Both the position numbers and the translations under genes were made by a program. Under the pieces are notes generated by a model that worked only from the letters and a program-made list of their open reading frames with translations, did not search any database and had not been told where the DNA came from. Shown piece by piece: positions 28,761 to 37,797 of a stretch of 64,000 bases of DNA. Source of the stretch: an uncultured Collinsella sp. (lineage in GTDB: Bacteria > Actinomycetota > Coriobacteriia > Coriobacteriales > Coriobacteriaceae); NCBI GenBank assembly GCA_958403385.1, contig CATXXC010000003.1, positions 51,269-115,268 of the forward strand. The letters run 5' to 3'. Position 1 is the first letter of the stretch; each line of letters opens with the position of its first letter.

Positions 28761-28828
28761 AAGTTGCGGTGAAATAGGGATTGTTTTGCGGTTTGACCAG
28801 CAAAAACAGTCCCTATTTCACCGCAACT
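28761..28828. repeat. 68-bp palindromic intergenic element, copy 1 (AAGTTGCGGTGAAATAG...CTATTTCACCGCAACT)
   Basis: The terminal 16-17-nt arms are reverse complements. Same length and termini as 37403-37470 and 41089-41156. Confidence 0.9.
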
Positions 28829-28990
28829 GCGTTAGGGATTTTTCTACAGGGGAAGGGTAGTCAAAAAAGTCCCGTCCCAAATCGACTGTCTAGGGAGTCG
28901 CATTCGAGCTTGGTTGTCCTCTCAGCCACTCGGCATCCTTCGAGCAGTAATAGTGAAAAAACTTGCTTAAGTGCTAATCAAGTCAGACAT

Positions 28991-29050
28991 AATCTTGCTC
29001 TCTAATTAATCAAGAATCGCTATAATTTTGATTAGCTAGAGAGCAAGATT
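28991..29050. promoter_or_regulatory. 23-bp imperfect inverted repeat bracketing a TATAAT box upstream of the AAA+ ATPase gene
   Basis: aatcttgctctctaattaatcaa (28991-29013) / ttgattagctagagagcaagatt (29028-29050), 21 of 23 positions complementary. TATAAT lies at 29021-29026 in the spacer. GGAGA RBS and the ATG follow. Confidence 0.6.
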
Positions 29051-29058
29051 GGAGAATC

Positions 29059-30411
29059 ATGGCATTCAACGACTTGATCGCCCGGAAAATAAAGGACTTT
29101 GAACAGCAGGGGGTTCCGCGGGTCTTTGAGCGAGACCTTGATCTAGGAAATCCACAGGAGCCAAAGCGCGACAACATCGTAAATGTGATTGTGGGGGCCC
29201 GCCGTTGTGGAAAGACGTATCGCCTGTATCAGGAGATGCGGCGGCTTCAGAGCCGGGGCGTCGAGCTTGACCGGATGCTTTACTTCAATTTTGAGGATGA
29301 GCGCTTGCGCCCGTATGAGCCATCGCTGCTGGCGGACGTGCTCGACACGTTCTATGCGCTGTATCCTGCTGCTCGAACCGAGGGCGCTTATATTTTCTTT
29401 GACGAGATCCAGGAAATTCCCGAATGGGGTGCGTTTCTGCGGCGTGTAGTCGATACGGAGAAAGCGACCGTCTATGTGACGGGATCTTCTTCTAAGATGC
29501 TGTCCTCAGAACTTAAGAGCGAGTTCAGGGGTCGTTCTCTTGTGCGAGAGCTTTTTCCATTGAGCTTTTCGGAATACGTTCGATATAAGACGGGGAACGT
29601 TCCCGAGCCAGATGTGACCTTTTCCCCGAGCGATGCGGCGCTGCTTCGACATCATCTGATCGGATATCTTGAACGAGGGGGATTCATCGCGACACTTGGG
29701 CAGACGCCCGCAGACGCGATTCAGCTGCTACAGGAATATGCTTCGCGAACGGTCGCCATGGACGTCGTTGAACGCTACGACGTCAAGAACCCTCGCCTGG
29801 CATCGCTGTTCCTGACGCGGTGTATGGCATCTTCGGGACGAGAGCTGTCGGTGAACAAAGTGTATAACGAGTTCAAGAGCAGGCAGATACCCGTCAGTCG
29901 TAATTCGCTCAGCGACTTACTTGAGTATTATGAGGACGCCTACCTGTTGTTTTCTGTGCCGGAGTTCACGCGTTCACTGGCAAATAACATGCGGTCTGCG
30001 TCTAAGGTCTACGCTGTCGATCCTGCGATGTTTGGAGCATTCTCTCCCGCATCGGCATTGGACCAGGGCCAGAGGCTCGAGACCGCAGTGTTCAATGCGC
30101 TAAGAAGAAGGACTCCCGCGGTGAGGACCGGCTCGGTCTGCCGTCTGCTGATCAAAGAGAAGAGTAAAAGCCATGAGGTGGACTTTGTTGCTGGGGACGC
30201 ACTTCTCATGCGGGCTTATAGCCTGATTCAGGTGAGCGCGGATATGGCAAGTGAGAAAACGCGCGAGCGCGAAATTGCCGCGCTTGATGCCTCGATGGCC
30301 CAGTTCGATCTTGGCGAGTCGGCAATCGTTACCATGGATGAACAGACCGATATTCCATGCGAGCACGGTGTGGTACACGTTATGCCCGCATGGAAGTGGC
30401 TCCTTGCCTAA
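29059..30411 (+). CDS. AAA+ ATPase of the AAA_14/DUF4143 type (COG1373-like), function unknown
   Basis: Walker A GARRCGKTY, Walker B IFFDEIQ, and a C-terminal region typical of DUF4143-type proteins (by memory). Visibly AT-richer than flanking genes. Confidence 0.7.
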   Translation: MAFNDLIARKIKDFEQQGVPRVFERDLDLGNPQEPKRDNIVNVIVGARRCGKTYRLYQEMRRLQSRGVELDRMLYFNFEDERLRPYEPSLLADVLDTFYALYPAARTEGAYIFFDEIQEIPEWGAFLRRVVDTEKATVYVTGSSSKMLSSELKSEFRGRSLVRELFPLSFSEYVRYKTGNVPEPDVTFSPSDAALLRHHLIGYLERGGFIATLGQTPADAIQLLQEYASRTVAMDVVERYDVKNPRLASLFLTRCMASSGRELSVNKVYNEFKSRQIPVSRNSLSDLLEYYEDAYLLFSVPEFTRSLANNMRSASKVYAVDPAMFGAFSPASALDQGQRLETAVFNALRRRTPAVRTGSVCRLLIKEKSKSHEVDFVAGDALLMRAYSLIQVSADMASEKTREREIAALDASMAQFDLGESAIVTMDEQTDIPCEHGVVHVMPAWKWLLA

Positions 30412-30484
30412 TCATCTATGGGCCTGTGGGGTCAGGACCTCCTGGCTCCTTCATCACGGTTGGGGAGCACCTTGCTGTGCCAGG

Positions 30485-31987
30485 CTAGTCCTGGGCTTTG
30501 ATGCTCGGCAGGAGAATCTGGGCGAGGTAGTCGGTCTCGAGTTTGGTCGCGGCGCCGGCTTTGCCGTCTTTGCCGACCAGCACTTTTTTGATCTGGCTAT
30601 AGGTATAGCGGTTGCCGGTCGTAAGTTCGACAAGCTCAACTGCAGTGTCCATGGGGTAGGTCGACACGGGGTCTTGCGTGCGTCCGTTGATGGTCTGGGG
30701 CACCACATACGGATAAACGGGGCCGCTGGCGTAGACGGTGTAGCCGTTGCCGAGGTTTGCCGCACCCAAAACCGCGTCGCCCTCATCGGGCGTAAAGCTC
30801 TCGCCGTCGCGCACCGTGACAAGCGTCACAAGCGGCGTGTTCGTGTCGCCGGCAAGATATATGCACAGCGTGCTGCCGTTTTGCCAAGTCGCGACTTTGC
30901 CGTACCACTCAACGGGAATATCGAGCTGATACAGGTCCGTTGCCTTATGTCGAGCATCGGCGTCGCGGGCCGCCTGCGCCTTGCGGGAGCTCACGGCGTT
31001 GGTCGCGGCGTCGCGTCGCGCGGTTGCCGCCTGCTGGAGTACCTTTGCGACCGCGGCGGAATTCACCCCGCCTTCCTCGGCATACTTGGCGGCGGCATCG
31101 ATCTGGTCGTCGGTCACCGTGTCGGCCGAAGGCACCTCGAGCTTAAAGGTGGCCTGGGCACTCAAATCCTGCCCATCGCTCTTAATGGCGACCTGCGCCT
31201 TGGTGGTCGGGACGGTGTAGATGGTGCCGTCGGCCGCGATGGGGGAGGCGGCAATGGAGAGCGTGTAATCGCCGGGCAGCAGCTTAACGCCGCGACCGTG
31301 CTCGTCAACATAGAGCGTTTCGCTCACGGAAGAACCGTCGGAATCCTGCCCGCTCACCTGCACGGGAATCTTGGAGCCAGTTGAGCAGTCGAGGCCCGCG
31401 GCATGCACGCCAATCTGCACCGACATCATCGTGTGGGCATTGGCGGCGACAGCGGCAGCCTGCTCTTGTTGATATCCGTTCCAGGCAGCATAGCCTGCAC
31501 CGCCGGCGACAAGCGCGACGGCCACGACGCCGGCGACCATCAGATTGCGGCGCTTTGGCGACATCTTGCGATGGCGGACCTCGGCTTCGCGTGCCGAGGG
31601 AACGGACGGCAGGGGAATATCGCCCATGGCGATGGTCTCATCGACGACAGGAGCAGAGCCTAGGCCGGGGAGCTCGCGGGTCAGCGAATCCTCGGCCGGC
31701 AAGCTGTCGAGCAAGATGGTTTCCTCGCTCGTATCGGATTCGGTCTGGTCGTCGGCCTCACATTCGGATTCCTCGTGCCCCGCCTCGTCTTCGGTGGGCG
31801 CGGCGCCATCGTCTTTTGCATCCTGATCATCGGGCTGCGCCTCGATTTCCGGCTCATCCTGCGCATCGACGCTCGAATCGTCAAACGCAATCTCGGCCAG
31901 CGCGATCTGGTCTAGGCTCTCCAGGGCCTCGGCGCACGCTTCTGCATCTTGGGCCGCATCCTCTTGGTCCATCGTCTCATCTTTCAT
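30485..31987 (-). CDS. Membrane-anchored protein: acidic cytoplasmic N-terminus, single TM, extracytoplasmic domains (paralogous domain shared with 13519-14664)
   Basis: Start set at ATG 31987 (MKDETMDQED.., GGGGGA upstream). TM helix NLMVAGVVAVALVAGGAGYAAW. The segment SKIPVQVSGQDSDGSSVSETLYVDEHGRGVKLLPGDYTLSIAASPIAADGTIY aligns with the island protein. Confidence 0.75.
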   Translation of the reverse strand: MKDETMDQEDAAQDAEACAEALESLDQIALAEIAFDDSSVDAQDEPEIEAQPDDQDAKDDGAAPTEDEAGHEESECEADDQTESDTSEETILLDSLPAEDSLTRELPGLGSAPVVDETIAMGDIPLPSVPSAREAEVRHRKMSPKRRNLMVAGVVAVALVAGGAGYAAWNGYQQEQAAAVAANAHTMMSVQIGVHAAGLDCSTGSKIPVQVSGQDSDGSSVSETLYVDEHGRGVKLLPGDYTLSIAASPIAADGTIYTVPTTKAQVAIKSDGQDLSAQATFKLEVPSADTVTDDQIDAAAKYAEEGGVNSAAVAKVLQQAATARRDAATNAVSSRKAQAARDADARHKATDLYQLDIPVEWYGKVATWQNGSTLCIYLAGDTNTPLVTLVTVRDGESFTPDEGDAVLGAANLGNGYTVYASGPVYPYVVPQTINGRTQDPVSTYPMDTAVELVELTTGNRYTYSQIKKVLVGKDGKAGAATKLETDYLAQILLPSIKAQD

Positions 31988-32234
31988 ATATCCCCCAAGC
32001 TCAATATCGGGACAACACTGTACCCAAAAACGGGACCCCATAGAGCCGCCGCATGATTTGAAATCCGATTTTAAATATGCGCATGTTTTTGAATAGATGA
32101 ATAGAGGCGCGACGACAAAAGCCCCCGAAAAGCGAGCGAAACGCTTTCCGGGGGCTCTGCGAGACATTGGATTGAAAATCCTGGCGGGCGGGCCTATGCC
32201 CAAGTGCCAACAGCGACCAACATGTTACTCGGTG

Positions 32235-33242
32235 TTACTCGGCGTGCGCGTAATCAACCTTGGCGCGGCGAGCGGTAGCCTTCTCCCAATCGCTGGTGCC
32301 CTCAAAGACATCCTGCTTGTAGGGGTTGCGGCTGAGCTTTTTGGCACGGTAGGCGATGTAGATGATTGCGGCGACATTGGCGACCAGTGCGGCGATCGAG
32401 ACCGCGGTGGCGGCGCCGGGGTCGAGCGTGGAGTGGGTCACAAAGATGGACTCCTCCTGGAAGTACGGGAACACCTGGGCAAACATGCACCAAATGGCCA
32501 GCGTAAAGGCGCGGTTCTGGATCCAGCCGCCCTTGTTCCAGATAAAGGCGGCGACGGTGGGCGCCAGCAGCAGCGCAAAGCCGCAGAACCAGGAGTGGGT
32601 GGGCAGGCAGTTGTAGGTGTAGCAGAAGTTCCAGATATCGTAGGCGATGATGTAGACCCAGGTCATGTCGGGCCACAGCATATCGGTCTGATCCTCGGAG
32701 GCGTAGACGCTCCACCAACCGGTCATGCAGAAGATGTTGATGATACCGGCGATGCCGTTGAACACGTTGTTCCAGCCGGCCAGCTGCGTAGCACCTTCGG
32801 AGGTGACCCAGGTGGACTCGCCCAGGACAAAGAAGTGATAGGCGCTCTCGAAGTCGGACACGACGGCGATCATGATGTTGATGGCGACGATCACAAACGG
32901 CCATGCGCGGAACCAATGCGCCTTGCCGATCTTGCCCCACTGATACTTAATGGCAATGAAGCCCCAGCAGCCGGCCAGCGCCGCGTATACCTTGGCGTAG
33001 TGGAACCAGCTGTTCTGGTACACATGGGTGGGGTTGGTGAGCGCCCACTCGGCGCCCTGCGAAACGCCGATGGCGATGGCGACGCAGTAGATGGTCATGG
33101 CCAGCGGAGCCACGCCAAAGATGATTGCCGCGCCCAGCTTAGTGCGGCGGCCGACCTCGTTGAGCACGATGAGGCCAATAAAGACCATGGCCCAGCCGGC
33201 CCAGTGGATAAGGGTATCGCTACCCCAAACATCGAACAGCAT
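32235..33242 (-). CDS. Polytopic Trp-rich membrane protein, unknown function
   Basis: 335 aa with about 9-10 hydrophobic helices. Lies downstream of, and on the same strand as, the TetR gene. Confidence 0.7.
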   Translation of the reverse strand: MLFDVWGSDTLIHWAGWAMVFIGLIVLNEVGRRTKLGAAIIFGVAPLAMTIYCVAIAIGVSQGAEWALTNPTHVYQNSWFHYAKVYAALAGCWGFIAIKYQWGKIGKAHWFRAWPFVIVAINIMIAVVSDFESAYHFFVLGESTWVTSEGATQLAGWNNVFNGIAGIINIFCMTGWWSVYASEDQTDMLWPDMTWVYIIAYDIWNFCYTYNCLPTHSWFCGFALLLAPTVAAFIWNKGGWIQNRAFTLAIWCMFAQVFPYFQEESIFVTHSTLDPGAATAVSIAALVANVAAIIYIAYRAKKLSRNPYKQDVFEGTSDWEKATARRAKVDYAHAE

Positions 33243-33305
33243 GCTGCTCTCCTTTCACACGCCCGCGGCCCCTCTTCCGATCGCGGGCAGTTTGGCCAAA
33301 TGTCG

Positions 33306-33968
33306 TCAGTTCTGGGGCTTGCGCTCCGGATACTTGGCGGTATAGCCCTCGATGTGGAGTGTCGAGGCGATGATTTCCTTGACCGTCTCGTCGGGCACAT
33401 CGGGGTGCGTGCGGATATACATCAACAACCCCATGATGAGGGTGTAGAACGTCTCGTAGACATGGTCGATGCGTAGCTCATGATGGGCGACAAAATCCAC
33501 CACGGTGGTGTCGCAGATATACTGCGCCACGCGCTGGACCACGTTGTGCAAAAAGCCGCCGTAGAGCGCGCCGCTGCTTGAGGTGAGCGTACTCGGCAGC
33601 TCGTGGCCGCTGACGACCAGGCGCTTGAAGAGCGGGGCGACGGTGTCGAGTGCGCCCTCGATATCACCGGCGATGCGGCTGGCATTCCACTGCTCGAGCT
33701 CGGCGATAAAACCGTCGATTGCCTCGTCCATGACAGCGGTGACGGCGGCGTCCATATCGGCAAAGTAGTGGTAGAACAATGAGCGCGTGCAGCCGGCGCG
33801 TTTGGTCACGGCCGAGACAGATAGATGCGACACACCCAGCTCGGAACTCACGGTGCGCACGGCGGCGAGGATCTCGCGACGGCGTTCGTCGCCCGTCAGA
33901 CGTTTGGCCGTGCTGTCGGGCGCGGGGACGGCATCGGCCACAGAGGTATCTGCTGTGTTGTTGCCCAT
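33306..33968 (-). CDS. TetR/AcrR family transcriptional regulator
   Basis: HTH RREILAAVRTVSSELGVSHLSVSAVTKRAGCTRSLFYHYFADMD. Start at ATG 33968 (GAAAGG upstream). Confidence 0.88.
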   Translation of the reverse strand: MGNNTADTSVADAVPAPDSTAKRLTGDERRREILAAVRTVSSELGVSHLSVSAVTKRAGCTRSLFYHYFADMDAAVTAVMDEAIDGFIAELEQWNASRIAGDIEGALDTVAPLFKRLVVSGHELPSTLTSSSGALYGGFLHNVVQRVAQYICDTTVVDFVAHHELRIDHVYETFYTLIMGLLMYIRTHPDVPDETVKEIIASTLHIEGYTAKYPERKPQN

Positions 33969-34030
33969 GTTTTGCCGCCTTTCATCCTCTTTTGCCTGAC
34001 CGTTCACCTAACAGTCTTGAATATTGTTGA

Positions 34031-34078
34031 CGGTTCGTCAATACTGTTTTTGACACAATGTCAACAATAACGGGTGAA
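34031..34078. promoter_or_regulatory. Inverted repeats in the TetR / flavoprotein divergent region (candidate TetR operators)
   Basis: tattgttgac (34031-34040) / gtcaacaata (34069-34078), and the palindrome ttgacg-gtt-cgtcaa (34036-34050). Confidence 0.5.
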
Positions 34079-34155
34079 CGGCGTGGGGGCATGTCGAGCC
34101 CGTAAAAAGAGGGGCGCTGCGTGCCTGCCAGGTTGCGGCAAGAGAAGGGACGACT

Positions 34156-36933
34156 ATGATTCTCAACGGACCGGGGATTAGCTACACCGAGCCCGATATC
34201 GGTGCGGAGTTTGTGCCGCCGCTGCCGGAGCATCCGCGCGAGGCCATCGTCAAACTGTGCGAGCACTGCACTAACCGCCTGCTGCATCGCGACGAGCTGC
34301 TGGGCTACGAGTACTGGTCGTTTGCCGAGGCCGCGACTGACGAGCAGGCCGAGGTACTCTGCAAGATGAAGATGCGCCGTCCCTACACGCTGCCCGAGAT
34401 GGTCAAGCTCACCGGCATGCCCGAGGCCCAGATCGAGAAGATGCTCGACGATATGAGCTACACGGGCCTGCTCGAGTACAACTGGGAAAATCCCGAGCGC
34501 GCCAAGCAATGGGTGTTGCCCATGCTGGTGCCGGGTTCCGCCGAGTTTCTCAACATGCGCGTGAGCCAGCTCGAGGAGCACCCGGTCTACGCCAAGTTCT
34601 TTGAACAGGCATCCAAGGGCCCGCTGTCCAAGGCCACGCCGATGGTGCCGCCCGGAGGTGCCGGTATCGGCATGCACGTCATTCCGGTCGAGAAGGCCAT
34701 CGATGCCGCAAGCACCTCGGTGCCGATTGAGCATATTGAGCACTGGCTCGACAAATACGAGGGTAAGTATGCCGCCAGCACCTGCAGCTGTCGCGCGAGC
34801 CGTCGCGTGATGGGTGAGGGCTGCGCCGACGACCCGGCCGATTGGTGCATCGCCGTGGGCGATATGGCCGACTACGTGGTCGAGACCGATCGTGGCCATT
34901 ACGTGACCCGCGACGAGGTTTACGACATCCTGCGCCAGGCCGAGGACAACGGCTTTGTGCACCAGATCACCAACATCGACGGCGAGAACAAGATCTTCGC
35001 CATCTGCAACTGTAACGTCAACGTGTGCTACGCCCTGCGCACCTCGCAGCTATTCAACACGCCCAACCTGTCGCGCTCGGCCTATGTCGCCAAGGTCGAG
35101 AAGGACAAGTGCGTTGCCTGCGGTCGCTGCGTTGAGGTGTGTCCGGCCGGCGCCGCCAAGCTGGGCCAGAAGCTCTGCAGCAAAAAGGCGGGCGGACGGG
35201 TCCCCGAGTATCCGCGCCAGGAGCTGCCCGATGCCACCAAGTGGGACCACACCAAGTGGTCGCCCAACTACCGCAACGACAACCGCATCGAGACGCACAA
35301 GTCCGGCACCGCGCCCTGCAAGACGGCCTGCCCCGCGCATGTTGCCGTTCAGGGTTATTTGAAGCTCGCGGCGCAGGGTCGCTATGACGAGGCCCTAGCA
35401 CTCATTAAGCGCGAGAACCCGCTGCCCGCTATCTGCGGCCGTGTGTGCAACCGCCGCTGTGAGGATGCCTGCACCCGCGGCCGTGTGGACGCCGCCGTGG
35501 CCATCGACGAGGTCAAGAAGTTTATCGCCCAGCGCGATCTGGACGCCGCGACCCGCTATGTCCCGCCCGTGGTGACGCCGACGCGTGCCGGCGGCTTCGA
35601 CCAGAAGATCGCCATCATCGGTGCCGGCCCGGCCGGTCTGTCCTGCGCTTTTTATCTGGCCGAGAAGGGCTATAAGCCCGTCGTGTTCGAGAAGAACGAG
35701 CGTCCGGGCGGCATGCTCACCTACGGTATTCCCAGCTTTAAGCTGGAGAAGGACGTTATCGAGGCCGAGGTCGAGATCATTCGCCTGATGGGTGCCGAGT
35801 TCCGCTATGGCGTGGAGGTCGGTCGCGATGTGACGCTCGATGAGCTGCGCGAGCAGGGTTTTAAGGCCTTTTATGTTGCCATCGGCTGCCAGGGCGGCCG
35901 CCTTGCCGGTATTCCGGGCGAGGATGCCGAGGACGTGACCGTGGCCGTCGACTTCTTGCGCGAGGTCAACAGCGGCAAGATCGACGCGCTACCCGGCCGC
36001 ACCATCGTAGTGGGCGGCGGCAACGTGGCTATCGACGTGACCCGCAACGCCTGCCGTCTGGGCTCCGAGCATGTTGAGATGTTCTGCCTGGAGAGCGAGG
36101 CCCAGATGCCCGCCAGCGAGGAAGAGCGTCGCGAGGCCGTTGAGGACGGCGCTCACATCAGCTGCGGCTGGGGTCCCAAGGAGGTTCACCTGGACGAGTC
36201 CGGCCGTGTGTGCGGTATCACCTTCAAGCGCTGCACGCGTGTCTTTGACGACGAGGGCCGTTTTGCGCCCGAGTACGACGAGAACGATCTGCGCCGTGTC
36301 GATGCCGATCGTGTGGTCATGTCGATTGGCCAGTCCATTGTGTGGGGCGACCTGCTGGCTGGCTCCAAGGTGGAGCTTGGCCGCGGCCAGGGTGCCCTTG
36401 CCGACCCCCAGACCTATCAGACCGCTGAGCCCGACATCTTTGTGGGCGGCGATGTCTATACTGGCCCCAGCTTCGCCATCGATGCCATCGCCGCCGGCCA
36501 CGAGGCCGCCGTGTCCATCCATCGCTTTGTGCAGCCGGGCTCCACGCTCACCATCGGCCGCAACCAGCGCCGCTACACCGCGCTCGACCGCGACGATGTC
36601 GTGATCGAGAGCTATGACAACGCGAGCCGCGAGGTGGCGCATGTTAACCGCGACCGCGAGAAGGCTGCGCCCTTTAGCGAGTACGTCGAGACCTTTACCG
36701 AAGAGCAGGTGCGCGCCGAGACCGCCCGTTGCCTGGGTTGCGGTGCCTCGATCGTCGACCCCAACAAGTGCATCGGCTGCGGCCTGTGCACCACCAAGTG
36801 CGCGTTCGACGCCATCCATCTGGATCGCGACCGCCCCGAGTGCTCCACGATGGTCAAATACGAGCAAAAGCTCCCAAGCCTGGGCAAGTACGCGCTCAAG
36901 CGCGCCATCAAGATTAAGTTCGGTCGCAAGTAA
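34156..36933 (+). CDS. Multidomain Fe-S flavoprotein: Cys-rich N-domain + 4Fe-4S ferredoxin motifs + GltD-like NAD(P)H/FAD oxidoreductase + C-terminal ferredoxin domain
   Basis: CVACGRCVEVCPAGA; Cys cluster CGRVCNRRCEDAC; dinucleotide folds KIAIIGAGPAGLSCAFYLAEKG and RTIVVGGGNVAIDV; C-terminal CLGCG..CIGCGLCTTKC. Confidence 0.8.
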   Translation: MILNGPGISYTEPDIGAEFVPPLPEHPREAIVKLCEHCTNRLLHRDELLGYEYWSFAEAATDEQAEVLCKMKMRRPYTLPEMVKLTGMPEAQIEKMLDDMSYTGLLEYNWENPERAKQWVLPMLVPGSAEFLNMRVSQLEEHPVYAKFFEQASKGPLSKATPMVPPGGAGIGMHVIPVEKAIDAASTSVPIEHIEHWLDKYEGKYAASTCSCRASRRVMGEGCADDPADWCIAVGDMADYVVETDRGHYVTRDEVYDILRQAEDNGFVHQITNIDGENKIFAICNCNVNVCYALRTSQLFNTPNLSRSAYVAKVEKDKCVACGRCVEVCPAGAAKLGQKLCSKKAGGRVPEYPRQELPDATKWDHTKWSPNYRNDNRIETHKSGTAPCKTACPAHVAVQGYLKLAAQGRYDEALALIKRENPLPAICGRVCNRRCEDACTRGRVDAAVAIDEVKKFIAQRDLDAATRYVPPVVTPTRAGGFDQKIAIIGAGPAGLSCAFYLAEKGYKPVVFEKNERPGGMLTYGIPSFKLEKDVIEAEVEIIRLMGAEFRYGVEVGRDVTLDELREQGFKAFYVAIGCQGGRLAGIPGEDAEDVTVAVDFLREVNSGKIDALPGRTIVVGGGNVAIDVTRNACRLGSEHVEMFCLESEAQMPASEEERREAVEDGAHISCGWGPKEVHLDESGRVCGITFKRCTRVFDDEGRFAPEYDENDLRRVDADRVVMSIGQSIVWGDLLAGSKVELGRGQGALADPQTYQTAEPDIFVGGDVYTGPSFAIDAIAAGHEAAVSIHRFVQPGSTLTIGRNQRRYTALDRDDVVIESYDNASREVAHVNRDREKAAPFSEYVETFTEEQVRAETARCLGCGASIVDPNKCIGCGLCTTKCAFDAIHLDRDRPECSTMVKYEQKLPSLGKYALKRAIKIKFGRK

Positions 36934-36963
36934 GTAGCCATAACGGGAACGGCGGAAGAAAAA

Positions 36964-37392
36964 GTGCATGAATTGGGGATCGTTTACCACATCATTCGCG
37001 ATGTCGAGAATGTAGCGCGCGCTCATGGCGTGCGTCGCGTTTCGAGCGTAACGTTGCTGTTGGGCGAGGTCTCGGGCGTCGTTCCCGACTTGCTGCTCGA
37101 CGCTTGGCGCTGGGCAGCAGATAAAAAGCCTATCGCGCAGGGCGCGGAGCTTGTTGTGGAGCCCGTCGAGGCTGTGACGCATTGCGAGGCATGTGGCCGC
37201 GACTACGCGACGGTCGAGCACGGCAAGACCTGTCCCCATTGCGGTAGCGGCGAGACATACCTGCTGCAGGGCCAAGAGGTCATGATCAAACAGATCGAGA
37301 CCCCCGAAGAGGATCCGGCAGACGCTGCTCCTGACGGCTTCTCCGACGCCCCCGATGCCGTCGACGCCGCCAACCCACTCCACATCGCCTAG
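36964..37392 (+). CDS. hypA: Hydrogenase nickel-insertion protein HypA, with an acidic C-terminal tail
   Basis: (V)HELGIVYHII.. N-terminus (MHE motif, GTG start) and zinc site CEACG...CPHCGS. Confidence 0.88.
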   Translation: MHELGIVYHIIRDVENVARAHGVRRVSSVTLLLGEVSGVVPDLLLDAWRWAADKKPIAQGAELVVEPVEAVTHCEACGRDYATVEHGKTCPHCGSGETYLLQGQEVMIKQIETPEEDPADAAPDGFSDAPDAVDAANPLHIA

Positions 37393-37402
37393 GATTCCCT
37401 AT

Positions 37403-37470
37403 AAGTTGCGGTGAAATAGTTCCTAAATCCAGCCTTCTGGCTCTTAAACAAGAACTATTCCACCGCAACT
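37403..37470. repeat. 68-bp palindromic intergenic element, copy 2
   Basis: aagttgcggtgaaatag...ctattccaccgcaact, starting 11 nt after the hypA stop. Confidence 0.9.
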
Positions 37471-37797
37471 ATTTTGAGTGGTTTCATAGACCATAAGTCA
37501 CGAAAATAGTCAAGCCATGTCTGTTTAAACAAAATAGCGGCAGTACAAGCGCATTCGCGCTTGCCTAAAATCGATATTAATGAACAGCCTGCTTGTATCT
37601 GTAAAATGCTTGGCTTGATGAGCGACGCCTTGTCGTGTAATGAGTCAAAAAGCAGTAACGTAATCAACTTGTAACAAACCTAGACGTTTAAACAAATAAT
37701 CCAACCTTTTGCGGATTTAGCTATAATTCCACAAACCAAACAGCTATACTCCTTTCATGTCGTGTAGGAAATACGTAGACAAAAAGGAGGTTATGTG

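Noticed and set aside
37455-37667. 70-aa minus-strand ORF in the AT-rich manX leader
   Set aside because: No RBS, odd composition, and it lies in a promoter or leader region. AT-rich DNA in a G+C-rich genome readily yields chance ORFs on either strand.
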